A stretch of DNA of 63,993 nt, counting the filler, from Basidiobolus ranarum (lineage: Eukaryota), in NCBI GenBank assembly GCA_040143965.1. It is 4 parts of 4 records of this genome, joined end to end, with 100 filler letters (N's around TTAATTAATTAA, not from the genome) between each part and the next. Parts side by side here need not be neighbours in the genome. Positions count along the whole stretch, not along the records: positions 48,759 to 63,993 come from JASJQH010000387.1; 3 more parts are not named here. One strand, given 5' to 3'. Position numbers and translations under genes: made by a program. Each line of letters starts with the position of its first letter. Positions within the stretch are counted from its first letter, which is position 1. Positions 49,266 through 61,719 of this stretch are shown here, one piece after another. The notes beneath the pieces are model-generated. The model had not been told where the DNA came from. It was given only the letters and a program-made list of their open reading frames with translations, and made no database searches.

Positions 49266-50604
49266 TACACATACACATAGTATGAAACATCAAGTAAACA
49301 ATAAACCAAAGACAGTTTAAACTATTTAAATACTTAACCAGCACACAGTCTAAATAACTCAAAGATATGTCCAGAATTACATGGGTCACGATAAATGTGC
49401 CGGAATGAGGTAGTTAACTCAGGTCTGTTGCATATCAATGCGCATACAAACGTACATATATCCTCACGTGATTCATGATATAGATTTAGATGCTTCTATA
49501 TTCGGAAGATATACCAACAAGAGATAGGAACAAGTCTACCCAAAACAACTTTCCCAACACGTTCTCCACAAAAGGGTAAAACGAATTCTTGAATTTCTCT
49601 CTCTTTTTTGAAGAGGTCCATAACCAGTCTTGTGTCGGGAGAGCAAACCAATGAAGGATGGTAAAGAAAATAGATAATATTATTATCATCACTGATCAAG
49701 ATTGCGTTTGTAGGCGCAACCAGTAAGGCGCAACCAATAAATATGTATGCATAATCAGGTTTGTCTTGTTGATATTTACGTTGGAGTATTTATTAGATAT
49801 TATTCAATTGGTATACTTATGTATAGTTACTTTCCTATCTACCTTTAGTTCTACTCTGTTGCTTGGGGCTTAAGGTTAGGCAGCAGTCACGCTATTGGAT
49901 CTCAATGTACTCTATGCGTGCATGTTACAACCATCCTTTTATTCAGTATGAAAGAAGTATGTTCGGGGGCATTTTACCTTTCTGATAGGCGCCAGTAGTG
50001 ACTTGCACTATATAATAGAGTATGTAGCCACAGTGGTTTATCAGTCTGAGAAACAAGCGTAATATAAAGTGCAGCAAATACCTGTATATTATGAAGCTTT
50101 GGAAACCCTTACAGGTTCAATATTTTCCCTCAATTTTGTCAAGCAGTAGGTAATCAAACTTGAAATTAACCAATTCACACCTTAATCTAGCTAAATTAAT
50201 CCAGCTAGAGGGCAGCATATAAAGTGTTATATTATATAATATGATTACAATAAGACCGGGATTTTAGCAGGAAGCTACAATGTCACTATAGAAATAAATG
50301 ATTTAAAGTGTTTCATGGTTTTTGCACTGAACACTTGTAGAATATTTAACTTGAGTCTCAACTGATCTTGTCTAGTATCAATTGACTGGAATTGATATTT
50401 AGTAGAAATTAGCTTTGTACTTACAGTTCCGTATACTCTAATACTATATATATGGCTGCACAGAGCTTGGATAGATATAAAGCAGGATTTCAAAAACCAT
50501 GAATTTATAATTAAATCCTTAGGGAATACTGATCGGAATTGGCAATGCTGAGTTTTGAAACTTCAGATTATATTCTAGAGTAAGACATTGACTACTGTGC
50601 TAAT

Positions 50605-50939
50605 TGTTGAAAATGACATAGCTTAAGTATCTCTATAGTCATATAGCTGGTTACCTAAATTCTTTAATTATTATTCTATATCTTCATGAGGAATTTACGC
50701 TGAATAATTTTACCAACCTGGAAGTTCTCAATTTATATGATTTTCTCAAACTTGTCCAAAAGACTCCAAACTCTGTACACATATTCCTGGGGCCTTCTTG
50801 AATATATACTACAGGTTATTTTATGTACTTCTTGACAAAACTATAAATGTCCACTTTCCACTCAATATATCAGTAAGTGAAACCCCCATTTCTTCGAGTA
50901 GTCCAAATCACTTCCAACAACTCCCAGAATACTTCAACA
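50605..50939 (+). mobile_element. Solo LTR with near-perfect TSD CTAAT/CCAAT
   Basis: TGTTGAAAATGACATAGC...ACTTCAACA; most similar to the 5807 copy. Confidence 0.85.
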
Positions 50940-51172
50940 CCAATGAGAGTGCAACATATGAGAAGCTCATACAATAAAAGATGTAGGAAACACCAATGGC
51001 ATTCTCATCAGTCATTTCTTTAGAGAATTTTTCTTTGCAAAGAATGCAACGCTTCATACTGGATAAGCATCATCAATTAATTTTGCTCAATTTTGCAGTT
51101 GATAATATTTTATTTTATTATGTAGGAGCTTGTATATTATTTCAGCAGTAATAGTCAGTATATATATATAAT

Positions 51173-53008
51173 TCAAGATGCACAAATGTTAACCTCCTTT
51201 TTTGCTTGTGCAATTACCATATCCGCTGACTTTTCACTAACCATCTCAATTGGAATAGTAACAAAGAAGCCAGGAATTTTAGGAAAGATCGACGCATCCA
51301 CAACTCTGAGCCGATTAACACCGTACACCTTTAACTCGGAATCAAGCACCGCCGATGGATCATTTTTAGCACCTATTTTTGCGGTGCAACAGGCATGATG
51401 GCCCCAGCTATTATATCGAACATATTCTTCAACATCTGCCTCAACTCCGGGGAGTAATTCCTGATTCACAAACAATCTGTTTATCAAGCCTCCATTGAAT
51501 TGGCGACGCATCCATTTCAATTGTTTAGCATTGGCGTCAATATCTTTGTTTCCATCCGACCAATAAAGAAAATTAATATCAGGAACATCAGTGGGATCAG
51601 AGTTTCTTAGCCGTACATAGCCGTTATTGTTATTTGTATGAGCTTTGAGCATTATGATGCTGACTTTGTCGGTAGTGTTTGTAGCCTCAACAGAATAACC
51701 TTGGTAATACCCATGAAACATTCCCACTGCGCCAAAGATGTAAACATCGGGTTCTTCAAGCGTACTTGAAGTTTTGGTATTCAGTCCAAATATGACTCCA
51801 GTGGAAGTATAAGGTCCTGAACGCTCATTGATGTAAGTGGCATAACATGGATCTACAAGTGGATCCGCGACGAATTTGCATCCTTTCAGGAGTTGATGTG
51901 GTGAATTCATTTGAAGATTGAGAGAGATTTCCATATGATCTTGAAGATTTTTCCCTACTCCGGGCAGTGCAGACCTGATGGGTATATGCCACTTCTTTAA
52001 CTCTTCTGGATCACCAATTCCACTCAACATTAATAATTGAGGTGTATTAAAGGCACCACCAGCAAGAATCACCTCCCGCTTTGAGTAGACTGTTTGAACA
52101 CTTTTTCGAGAGTTTTCTTTATGACGAGGACTAGCCTTGTATAAGTAAGCTCCTTTCATATACTCTACGCCTATTGCATCGTTATTGTTATCGAACAACA
52201 CTTTGGTGGCCAGTGTCTCAGTCCATATAGTAAGAAATTGTGGCACTTGTCGAGCAACTGACTTTATGAAATCCCGTGTGCTAGTTCTTACGTAGCCATT
52301 TTCTTGATCAATATTTTGAGGTGGTAGATGCCATCCAGGCTGTTTGTTAGGATAGAATGATTCGTGTGCAGCCCCTCTATTTACATCACCTCCTGGTGTC
52401 GGCAACATACTTGTAATAGCATTCTTAAACAGAGTCATTAATTGAAGGTCAGGATATTTAATAGCCAAAAGTATGTCAAGATAAGAGAAGGAAGCCCATC
52501 CAACATTCTCATCACTCTGTTCTCTGTGATTCTTCTTCAATCGATTATAATATTTTCTCATATTTTGATTTGACCAAGAGTCATCACCCAACTCTTTCGC
52601 AATACCATTGAAATCACTCACATGAGGATACATACCTATCATAGCATTATGAATGGTACATCCCCCTAATCCCCCAACCCGCGGATACCAGACATTTTGT
52701 CGTTTACCAGTAGACTCTGGAAACTGCTTGGTAAAGAAGTCCCAACTGATATTTGCATCCTCTGAAGCCTGAGTATAGAAAGCTGGTGTGGATACATTAG
52801 CACTATTATAGTCTGGACCAGCTTCAATGAGTAATGTTTTATATCCAGCAAGTGCCAATCTACCAGCCAAAGGTCCACCACCAGCTCCACTTCCCACCAC
52901 AATATAGTCATACTCTGCTTGACATCTAGACTGACCGTGAACTTGAGTAAAGATAGAAGCAACAAGTGAAAGTGTTACAGCTAACCGACGCTTCTCAGTA
53001 GTGAGCAT
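51173..53008 (-). CDS. Secreted GMC oxidoreductase (AA3/choline dehydrogenase-like)
   Basis: Signal peptide, YDYIVVGSGAGG (FAD binding), YPRVGGLGGCTIHNAMI, EVILAGGAFNTPQLLMLSGIG, GVGKNLQDH, SWGHHACCTAKIG and LRVVDASIFP. Intronless. Confidence 0.93.
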   Translation of the reverse strand: MLTTEKRRLAVTLSLVASIFTQVHGQSRCQAEYDYIVVGSGAGGGPLAGRLALAGYKTLLIEAGPDYNSANVSTPAFYTQASEDANISWDFFTKQFPESTGKRQNVWYPRVGGLGGCTIHNAMIGMYPHVSDFNGIAKELGDDSWSNQNMRKYYNRLKKNHREQSDENVGWASFSYLDILLAIKYPDLQLMTLFKNAITSMLPTPGGDVNRGAAHESFYPNKQPGWHLPPQNIDQENGYVRTSTRDFIKSVARQVPQFLTIWTETLATKVLFDNNNDAIGVEYMKGAYLYKASPRHKENSRKSVQTVYSKREVILAGGAFNTPQLLMLSGIGDPEELKKWHIPIRSALPGVGKNLQDHMEISLNLQMNSPHQLLKGCKFVADPLVDPCYATYINERSGPYTSTGVIFGLNTKTSSTLEEPDVYIFGAVGMFHGYYQGYSVEATNTTDKVSIIMLKAHTNNNNGYVRLRNSDPTDVPDINFLYWSDGNKDIDANAKQLKWMRRQFNGGLINRLFVNQELLPGVEADVEEYVRYNSWGHHACCTAKIGAKNDPSAVLDSELKVYGVNRLRVVDASIFPKIPGFFVTIPIEMVSEKSADMVIAQAKKEVNICAS

Positions 53009-53527
53009 TTAGTGTTCAATTCAGAAATGAAACAATGATCTCTCAAGTTTCATCCTAATGACTGAACCCACACCTATTTATCTTTTCTTGAGTCATCCAA
53101 ATCCACACAAACCCGTAGGTCTGACTACAACAGGTCCATTAAAGCATAAGTATATGCATTGGGTCGTATTTCTCCTGAGGAGCGTGTGAGTACTATTGTA
53201 GTTGCATATATACATTAAATTAGCATCAATTCAAAGACCAAATATTTACTAAAGTTTAGTGAATGCTCACAAAATTCATCATTAACAGCAACAAGATAGA
53301 AATCATGAATGTAGGGGTGGGATAATGCGGAAGATTTAGGAATAAATTCACCTAGTAAAGGAGATCAATGAAATAATCAACCAATATTAACCTAGAATTT
53401 TCATATTTCCCTACTCTGTATTGGTGCTTAATTAAGTGGATGTTGAATCACTATAGGGCCACTATAGGATGGAATATTAATCCAAACAAAAAATTCCAGT
53501 CCCGAGACATTCTACATGTAGAGGAAA

Positions 53528-54626
53528 TTAAGATTCTAAGCTTGGCGGTATGACCGGTAATGGTAAAGATGAATTACCTCCCCCAACACTGGTAGTACTC
53601 TGTAGTATAGAGTCAGGGGTTGTGGTTGTAGTGGTGATGGGGGTGGAAGGTTGAACTGGTATATGTGTGACTTGAGCTCGAGAGGAACCATCATTTTCAT
53701 TCAATCTCTCCAGTCCCTGTGATTGTAGTGCTGTTCCACGTAAATTCCCCAGAAAACTCATTCTTCTCAAGGTAGGTCGTTCACGAGGTGGAGGATTAGG
53801 TCCTCGTTCAAAGTCCAACGGGATCGATCTACGTCGGATCATATATGGATGGAATGAACCGTTGGTTGGGTTGGAACTGTGTTGTGCATGTAAGGAACTG
53901 GGATTTAACTGTCTAGCTAATGTAGGTACGCTTGGAAAGTTCGCTACTGAAAAATGATTCCCAGAAGCATGTACAGTTGGTCTGGCCAAGCTTGAAGACA
54001 AATAAGCGCTCATGTCACGTGATAAACGACGTTCCAAAAATAGCGTACCATTAATATCGCGTGAGAGTCGTCTCTCGACAAAAGGTAGATCATTGTCACG
54101 TGAGAAGAGTCGTTCTAAAGATGGGCGTGTGGATACATCGCTAAACTGTGGTGCATCCAGTGAATTGGTGGAAGGTGAAACACTCTCAGAAGTAGAGAAG
54201 GGGGTTTGAGTATCAAGTTGAGGCTGAAATATGGAGCTTAAACTTGGTCTATGTCTATTCGTATACTCGGTAAAAGGTTGAGTTCGTTTACGATATTTAT
54301 GTGCAGTATCCTAAATTAAGCGAGTCCATTTAGAGTGGATAAATAAATGGAAAGTAGAGAATTTATAAACCGACCTTAATAAGAAATTCAAAAATTTGCT
54401 TTACGAAACTGTTGTTTTCATCCAGACTATCTACAAAAGTTTCGTAGCTAATTACAAGGTCGGTCTAAGAAAAGGAGAGTTGGTGTCAAAAGAGTGTGAA
54501 ATAAGTAGAGAGTTAAGTTGACCTAATTACCGAATCCTTCGTCGTCTTTTCATTGAGTTCAGTAAATAATAACTTTACTTTTCTTAAAAGCTCATCGTCG
54601 TAGGATTTTTGTGACCATTTTCCCAT
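53528..54626 (-). CDS. Uncharacterised protein with a small N-terminal helical domain and a disordered RRxS-rich tail (3 exons)
   Basis: MGKWSQKSYDDELLRKVK...|TDLVISYETFVDSLD...FLIK|DTAHKYRKR... splices in frame (GT-AG) into ORF 53528-54037. Confidence 0.7.
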
Positions 54627-55622
54627 ATTTGCTATATAGACAGTTCTTTGAGAGATTATTACAGTGTGGAAAAGGTGGCGTTAGAATCAAGTTGGAACAG
54701 TAATGTATTCGCCCCTACAGAGTTAAATAGAAGCAGCAGACCAGGGGATAGGGGAATAAGCAACAATCAACGAACGAATTGGTGAACGAATTAATGGTCT
54801 GATCCATAATCAAAGCCATGTGGGTCGTCGACGATGTGAACTGAATCAGTTCAGCATTAGTAGCACAACATCGGTAGCTCTAATATCAGCTAGGCTGCAC
54901 AAAACGAGGTGGGGGGAGGAACAGGGATATGATAAATTAATCGGCAAATATTAATACTACGAAATATTAATACTACATACGGAATTCATTTGCCAGAAAC
55001 GCTCCCCCAAAATGATATATTGAGCTATCTTTCAAGGCTTCAACCAAACGACAGCACAACAACATCAGATGAACCGGAGAAAATACAATACTAGAAGACA
55101 CAATACTTCCATTCGCAGGATAGTAGGCTGTATCCAATCAAATATGGATGCATCTAATGTTAGGTGAAAACGAATAAAGAAAGGAGGTGATTTTAACTAG
55201 ATCTGGGCCTGAGATTGCATATGGCACTTATTATTTCTAGAAGCACATATGAATCATCTCTCGGTAATAAACCTTCTTCGATATAGCGCTAGGAAGGGCT
55301 ATCGCTGAGGTACTGGAAACGTCGTTCTAGCATGTAGCATGGGGTTAGGAATCAGGAGTGCTTGGGAGATAAATAGTAGAATCCATTTCAATCTCTCCGA
55401 GTCTGAAGCACAAAATTTAGGAACTAATTGAATTGCAGTGAGAATTTTGTACAGCCTATGAATGAGCGATGCGGTATGCACTGTACTACATCGATGATCA
55501 GCAATTTGGGGGGATATAATGCTATTATCACTGCTAGTGATTATATGTATCATTATTAAATTACCGAAACATGCCAGGTTCATCCGATTATGTGAATTTC
55601 TGGGAATTAGGATCACTTAGTT

Positions 55623-55695
55623 GGTCTCGTAGCTCAGTGGATAGAGCGTCCGCCTCCCAAGCCGAAAGTCCCAGGTTCGACCCCTGGCTGGGTCG
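55623..55695 (+). tRNA. tRNA-Arg(CCU)-derived gene with anticodon CCC (possible pseudogene or anticodon-shifted tRNA)
   Basis: 73-nt cloverleaf, 70/73 identical to the two tRNA-Arg(CCT) copies. Loop CTCCCAA, a C:C mismatch in the anticodon stem, followed by TTTT. Confidence 0.8.
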
Positions 55696-55850
55696 TTTTC
55701 ACCATTAAATCACAGTTTTACAAGCAAATATCGAAGATGATGGTTAACTGTCAAAGTTTATTTTTTACTTCAAAATGTACAAAATTTGAAGGCAGGCGCA
55801 ACAAAAGAAGTAGCTAAATAGATTTCCATATAGAAATTATGTAACCAGTA

Positions 55851-56705
55851 TCACTTTTTTGAGGAACCACATTCGTCAGCAACACCGAACTCAATATTTC
55901 TGAAGTAAACATACGCATCAACTGGAGTGGCAAATCTTGGCTCAGAACCACCGAAAAATGTGCTGAACATCAATGATTGAATGCCCAGGTTGGGATTCGT
56001 TCGGTATGTAAGCGAGTCTATCGCTAACACTTTGGTTTTGTTTATATACAATTCAATATTTCCATTCGAAGATCCCACATCGTTGACTTGGACAAACATG
56101 TGAACCTGATTCCAACCAGTAGAAAATTTATATTTGTCTCTCCCAATAGATGTGCCGTAATCCTTATTACAAACAACATCCGTCGTTTTGCAAAAACTAT
56201 CCCCTTGTTTAGGTAAATAGTCGTATACCTCTCCAGCACCACTTTGACGCCACATGAGGCGCGTGCTAAAGCATTTCTTTCCGTCCGATTGATTACCACC
56301 AGAACACCCGCTAGCGGCTTCACCGGCGTACAAACCCGGGAGTTTTCCCCCTTCAACAAAGTTGAAGCCTTCCTTGAACCCAACCTCATAAGTTAGGATT
56401 GCACGTTGATAACCATTTGTACCAAACGGCTGTGAATAGAAATTCACTCCTCCTTCCTTGTTAGAACCAGATGGGGAGTAACTTCCCTTGGGATAGGACA
56501 CCTGAAATACATTCTCACCAGAATTCTCGAAAGGATCTGGGACCACCTTTAGACGATCTAATTTGGCGTCTTTAGCTAAGGCTAAATTGTTAGAGTTGGG
56601 GTCCATTTTCCACGTTTTCTCCATTTGATATTTGCTTGTTACTGGCGCATTATCCACTAATTGAAGAACGCCAAGGAAGCAAAGTGTAGTCAATGTGAGT
56701 TTCAT
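55851..56705 (-). CDS. Secreted polysaccharide lyase family 14 (alginate/glucuronan lyase-like)
   Basis: Signal peptide, YPKGSYSP, GGVNFY, FNFVEGGKLPGLY, CSGG, CFSTRLMWR, YGTSIGR and FSTFFGGS. Confidence 0.9.
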   Translation of the reverse strand: MKLTLTTLCFLGVLQLVDNAPVTSKYQMEKTWKMDPNSNNLALAKDAKLDRLKVVPDPFENSGENVFQVSYPKGSYSPSGSNKEGGVNFYSQPFGTNGYQRAILTYEVGFKEGFNFVEGGKLPGLYAGEAASGCSGGNQSDGKKCFSTRLMWRQSGAGEVYDYLPKQGDSFCKTTDVVCNKDYGTSIGRDKYKFSTGWNQVHMFVQVNDVGSSNGNIELYINKTKVLAIDSLTYRTNPNLGIQSLMFSTFFGGSEPRFATPVDAYVYFRNIEFGVADECGSSKK

Positions 56706-57621
56706 CTTAAGGTGAATGGGAGGTTATTGTTCAAAGAGTATCAGGAAGTGTTCTAATTAAAGCAGTTTACCAGAAACTGTTAAAATGAGAGATGATTTAA
56801 AAAGTAGACAAGATACTAAGTAAACACAGAAAGATGGTCTTTTTCTGTAGTGTTGAGTTAGGATTTTTATAGAATATTTTGAAATCCCGACCAACTCAAG
56901 GTACACTGATGAAAGTTCCCTTTTTTAGTCGACCCATTTACATGAAAGTGAATCGAGGAAACACAAACCCTTACGAGTCTTTGCAGATTGGATTCAACGA
57001 TGTAATATTTATTAATCTAAGGACGAACAGTCATTTTGAAAGGGGACCTTTCTAAGTTTCAATGAACAACCATACAGACAACACTAAATATTCATGAGAA
57101 CAGGTACAAACAAATTGATCTCATAGGGGAGTGGCCAATGTATTAAATGTTCTTGACCTTTTGGTTACCAAGTCTTTATCAAACGCGGATTGTATTGGCC
57201 TGATGTCAGATTTTAATGAACCTTTGTTTATTTTACATTCTGAGGTACAAATGGAGTTAGATGATTTAGGTCAGCACCATTATTGGCAATTTCCTCCAAC
57301 AATCGATGAACTTCATAAATTTCCAAATTCAATCAAAGTCACTATATAACTTGCTAAGCACTGAACCCGGGGTGAAATTAAAGTCCATATAAATCATACC
57401 AAAAAGAGGGGATGGACAAATTATTGGTTTGAGTTCTATTGAGAGCCAATGGAGGTATACCATGGGGTTACTCTTCGAGTACGTGGCATGTAGTACTGAA
57501 AATTCCATGATACAATCAGGGTTCAGGTGAATGTCAGTTCCATGATTCAGAACCGTTTGATTGGCATATAGCTCACGTGTAGATTTGACATTAATATAGT
57601 TACTATGTGTATGGAAGAAAA

Positions 57622-57694
57622 CGACCCAGCCAGGGGTCGAACCTGGGACTTTCCGCTTAGGAGGCGGACGCTCTATCCACTGAGCTACGAGGCC
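57622..57694 (-). tRNA. tRNA-Arg(CCU)
   Basis: GGCCTCGTAGCTCAGTGGATAGAGCGTCCGC-CTCCTAA-GCGGAAAGTCCCAGGTTCGACCCCTGGCTGGGTCG followed by a T-run terminator. Confidence 0.93.
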
Positions 57695-58022
57695 TTTGAA
57701 CAGAAAAAGAATGTGCTTTTCCCAAGCCAAATATAATCACTAACCGCCCTAGTTACATCATACTACACTTGTTTGTATAAAACCCATGAATCGAACCACG
57801 AAATACAATGCATAGGCTCCCAAGGAAATATTAAAGAGTAAAACTTTGATTGCGTGGCTCCGTTGATCCTTCTTAGAATTAGTATTCTCAGACGGGTAAT
57901 GTAATGCTACAACCAACATATATTATTTCCATAGATCATCTATTTATTAATAAACAAAAGCAAGACTACATGAGAGTGGACTTGGAAAGAGCGAAAATTA
58001 AAGAGTACTAAGTGGACTTGAT

Positions 58023-59536
58023 CTAGTTTTGTGAATTATTTTGGTATTTTCCATTGATTCCATCCAAACTGAAATCTTGTCTCCAGATTGACTCTTGAAC
58101 GTATGATTCTTCAATGTCGCAATTATCCGGGCAACTGTATATAATCAGAGTACCCCAGTCAATGGAGTCTGAGTTTGTGTAGTCTATCTTCAAGAAATGA
58201 AGCAACTGTGGCAACACCTGCATCTCAAAAGTTTTCTTCTGACCGCACTTGGCACAGTTGGGGACATCGGCGTCTTCAACCTTGTCAATGTCACTGACAT
58301 ATAAGGGGCCTTCTGTACGAGCGCCATAACCGGTTCTAGCATAACTGAAACAAACATAAGATTAGACTAACCCATGGACTTATGGAATCAAACCCAATGA
58401 ATACATACCGAATTACTTGATCGGGATCTTGGCTCATCTTCTTCTGGAATTTCAAGAATGCTTTGTCAACATCGACCTCGGTATTTTCGTAAATTTCATC
58501 ACCAACTGGGACGAGGGCTCTAGCTTCAGGGTTAGGCTGGTTATTTACATCATGTAATTGTTTCACTTCTTCTTCCTCCTCCTTCTCTTCTAACTTTTCT
58601 GGCTCTGAGACGATCTCGTATTCCAAAAACATCAATTGTTTGAATTTCTCTTGATCCATCTCCAGGTCCTCTTCGTCGATTTCTGTTGCGTTACAAAGTT
58701 TCTTATGCATTCCAACAGTCCAATGGAACATCTGGTGCTCTTTAGAGCAATAATAAGTCTTGTGGCATTGTCCACAACTCTTAGATCCAGCAAGTCCGCA
58801 GACAACACAGGTACGGGCTAATGGTATGGATGTAAGTAAATGAATGAAAAAGGGAAGAAATTTGTCGAATTAATTACCATCTACGTCGGGACGTTTGTAC
58901 CATTCAGATAAGGGTTCTTCCTCTTCGTCATCATCATCCGCAGGCTCACCAGCTACCTCAACATAATACTCATTCTCACGTGGGAGTTGGTTGCGGAACA
59001 CTTTAAAGCTACCGATGAGATATGTTAGCCATTGCTTAACCCTACATTAACTATATATTGACCAACCTATCCTTCCAGGATTTTTTATGGCATACACCAT
59101 TTTTGCAACAATAAATATAGACCATACGATGGTAAGCACAAGGTGGTTCATCTTCCGGAGTATATAACTAAAGTCTAAATTATTGGTATTTCTGTTGCCT
59201 ATTCTGCTGACTGAAGGAAGGTTTTACCTGAAGAAGAAAGAGCATGGGTTTTTCGCATACACCACAACGAACATCGTCAGCAGACAAGATGTTTTTAGGA
59301 TTAAGCCAAATCTATTGAACGAGGCAAGTTTGTATTTTGAGTGAGAAATGTGGCCAAGTGAACTTTAGTAACTACAGTAAACACCCAAAAATCTACCAAG
59401 TAGTCACGAAAATATTTTGTAAAACGATATTTACAGGTCTACCACCAATTTTGTTGGCAAATGGGATTTCGAAAAACTCTTTCCCCGGAGTTTCAGCGAA
59501 ACCAAGTTCAACGGTAGCAATTTCGGAAGAATCCAT
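58023..59536 (-). CDS. PDCD2/Zfrp8/Tsr4-family uS5 chaperone with MYND-type finger (multi-exon)
   Basis: VELGFA...NKIGGRP, CGVCEKPMLFLLQ, AYHRMVYIYCCK, FRNQLPREN, CVVCG...CGQCHKTYYCSKEHQMFHW, DPDQVIRY, FEMQVLPQLL and IDWGTLIIYSC. Confidence 0.9.
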
Positions 59537-59893
59537 GTTGACTATGGTTATGTTGAGTGAATGTAACTTTTAGAAAGTAACTGCCGAACTAGACTTTGTT
59601 AAGAATAATTAAGTCTTTGGTATATTTCGGTTATGTTGATTCTTTTTTTCTTCTCTTTTTTTCCTAGTGTTATGAATATCTCAAAATCTATTCTTTTTTA
59701 GTGAGTGAAGTGTCCTGATCGATTTTATATATGTAACAAAATAATGGAATTGAATTAAAAATTCCTACGAATAGGACTAGTTCTAATCGGTGAAATATTA
59801 CATAGATATGATGAAATTTAAATTCAAATACTAACCAAGGATTATCTTGGACTTCTCTTACTTGAACACCTCAAGCGTAGAATACCCTGCAAA

Positions 59894-60362
59894 ATGTCCA
59901 ACGGTACTGCATCTACAGTTCTTACTAGAAACCAGGAACCAACTGGTACACAAACCATAACTATCGACCCAACCACTTCACAAGAAGTAACACCCCTTAC
60001 CTCTGATGCCGAAGAACATTTCGCTGGTACTATAAGATTAGCAGGTGCGACGAGTCCTAATCGCAGAGTACGTTGGGACGATAATGTAGTGGATAATGAA
60101 GGACTTGGAAAAAAGAAAAGCAAAAGTTAGTCAGAGAATATTTTTTAAAATTGAGTATAGTTTACTTACGACATTATCTTTAGTTTGTTGTATCTACTCC
60201 AAACCTAGAGCTTTTGGAGAGTCTGACTCTGACGAAAGTGACACTGATAGTGAGACTGATAGCGACCTCAGTGACGATGAGAAGGTTCACCGTGCCAAGC
60301 GTCGGGCTACACCTAATGCCTATGAGAAAGCGAACTATTCTAAACATCCACAAGGTCAGTGA
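59894..60362 (+). CDS. YPI1: Protein phosphatase 1 inhibitor-3 / Ypi1 (PPP1R11), 2 exons
   Basis: RRVRW (RVxW) DDNVVDNEGLGKKKSK|ICCIYSKPRAFGESDSD. Intron 60126-60183. Confidence 0.92.
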
Positions 60363-61067
60363 TTTTTTAAACCCTCATAAATTTCAACAGTAAGGAACCT
60401 AGTAATAACCTCTTTGTATTAGGATGCAAACATAAAAATACTCACAGTCACCATCATAGTCATTAATGGAACTTCGCTTGGACTGACTTCCATTTTCACC
60501 CTTCGTTACTTGAAGCCTCTTTACTTTGATAATGTTTTATATTTGTACATAACTTCGAAGTCATTAAACGAGCTATTTTCTTTACATTCCCATACACGAA
60601 CGAAAGTCAACAAACCGTTAGTAATAATTTACCTGTTAACACATAAAGTAGAACGTTTGTTATGAAATAACAACCCCTTTTAACAATAAGAGTATGACCT
60701 GAAGTGGTATTGAGACATAATAGGGATAGATAATCGAAAAAAGAGTGTTTATATCTCTCTTGGGTGGTTTAAGCTCGCCAAGAGTGCATATATTTCATGA
60801 CATCCTTCAATATTATTATTTTGAATAATTACAATGATTAGTTGTAAAAGAACTCAAAACTTAGCTGTGAACCTAATATCTTGCCGCAATCCAGTTTCAT
60901 CTCTATACTACAGTGGATGATGATTCAGTCAATACGAACATCAATCCAATGGTTATTTTTACTCACACTTGTTCATTATTTACATAAACAATCGCCAACT
61001 CTTCTGATTTATTTGTATTTAAGAAGTCGGCTCTTGTGTGTTTCTCTTTCCAAGTTGCATTTGCTTC

Positions 61068-61652
61068 ATGGATATTTTCAAGATACAACGAAGAGCTCAT
61101 GATTATAAGGTAGTGGCGGTGGCCACACAAAGTGTGGAATGTACGATCACGGGCAACAACACCGGCCAAAATACCCTCTCCACTATGCTGGAGGGGCACG
61201 AAGAAATCCTTTGGCAGAGCTCAGATACCCCCAATGTGAACACGCTACGTTTGCACAGCGAGTATTTCTACAACAAATGGTGCATGTTCTACTGGTACAA
61301 GAAGGATAATTCACTAGAATTCACCTTCATTTGGGACCAGGTTCGGTACGTTTGGAAGAAGGAGGGAACATCCGGACTCAGATGTCGGGACTGCACCGGC
61401 AAGATCTACGCTACAATAGAAGCATTTCTTGGTAAATTTGTCACCTTTTCGAGCTTGGAAGTGGTGAATTCACTCCAGTCAGAATTCACCACCTTGTTGA
61501 TTCTTACGGCCGTGTTATCTATTGAGCTAATTCAAAAGCAATGGATTCCCAAGATCCATATTCCAAAATTATGGATAAAATACGCACTCTCCAGGTCCAA
61601 AAGCATTCACTCGTACTTGCAAAATAACGAAATGATTCAGAAGCTGGGTTGA
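61068..61652 (+). CDS. Hypothetical protein (possibly tubby/LURP-like beta-barrel)
   Basis: 195-aa ORF from MDIFKIQ, with FTFIWDQVRYVWKK, alternating beta-strands and a C-terminal hydrophobic helix (LLILTAVLSI). Confidence 0.6.
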   Translation: MDIFKIQRRAHDYKVVAVATQSVECTITGNNTGQNTLSTMLEGHEEILWQSSDTPNVNTLRLHSEYFYNKWCMFYWYKKDNSLEFTFIWDQVRYVWKKEGTSGLRCRDCTGKIYATIEAFLGKFVTFSSLEVVNSLQSEFTTLLILTAVLSIELIQKQWIPKIHIPKLWIKYALSRSKSIHSYLQNNEMIQKLG

Positions 61653-61719
61653 TTTCTATGTATTATTTATTCTTATGATAACTGACGAATATATATATTT
61701 TGGAGTTACACAAAACCAT

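Noticed and set aside
49420-49740. Weak inverted repeat plus AGGCGCAACCA direct repeat as a MITE
   Set aside because: Short, imperfect match with no TSD and no second copy in the window.
36820-56705. HMG gene plus alginate-lyase-like gene as a Mucorales-style sex locus
   Set aside because: They lie on different contigs separated by an artificial linker, and no tptA, rnhA or glrA is present.
57329-57730. 133-aa ORF
   Set aside because: It reads through the tRNA-Arg gene and is spurious, as are the many antisense shadow ORFs over real genes.
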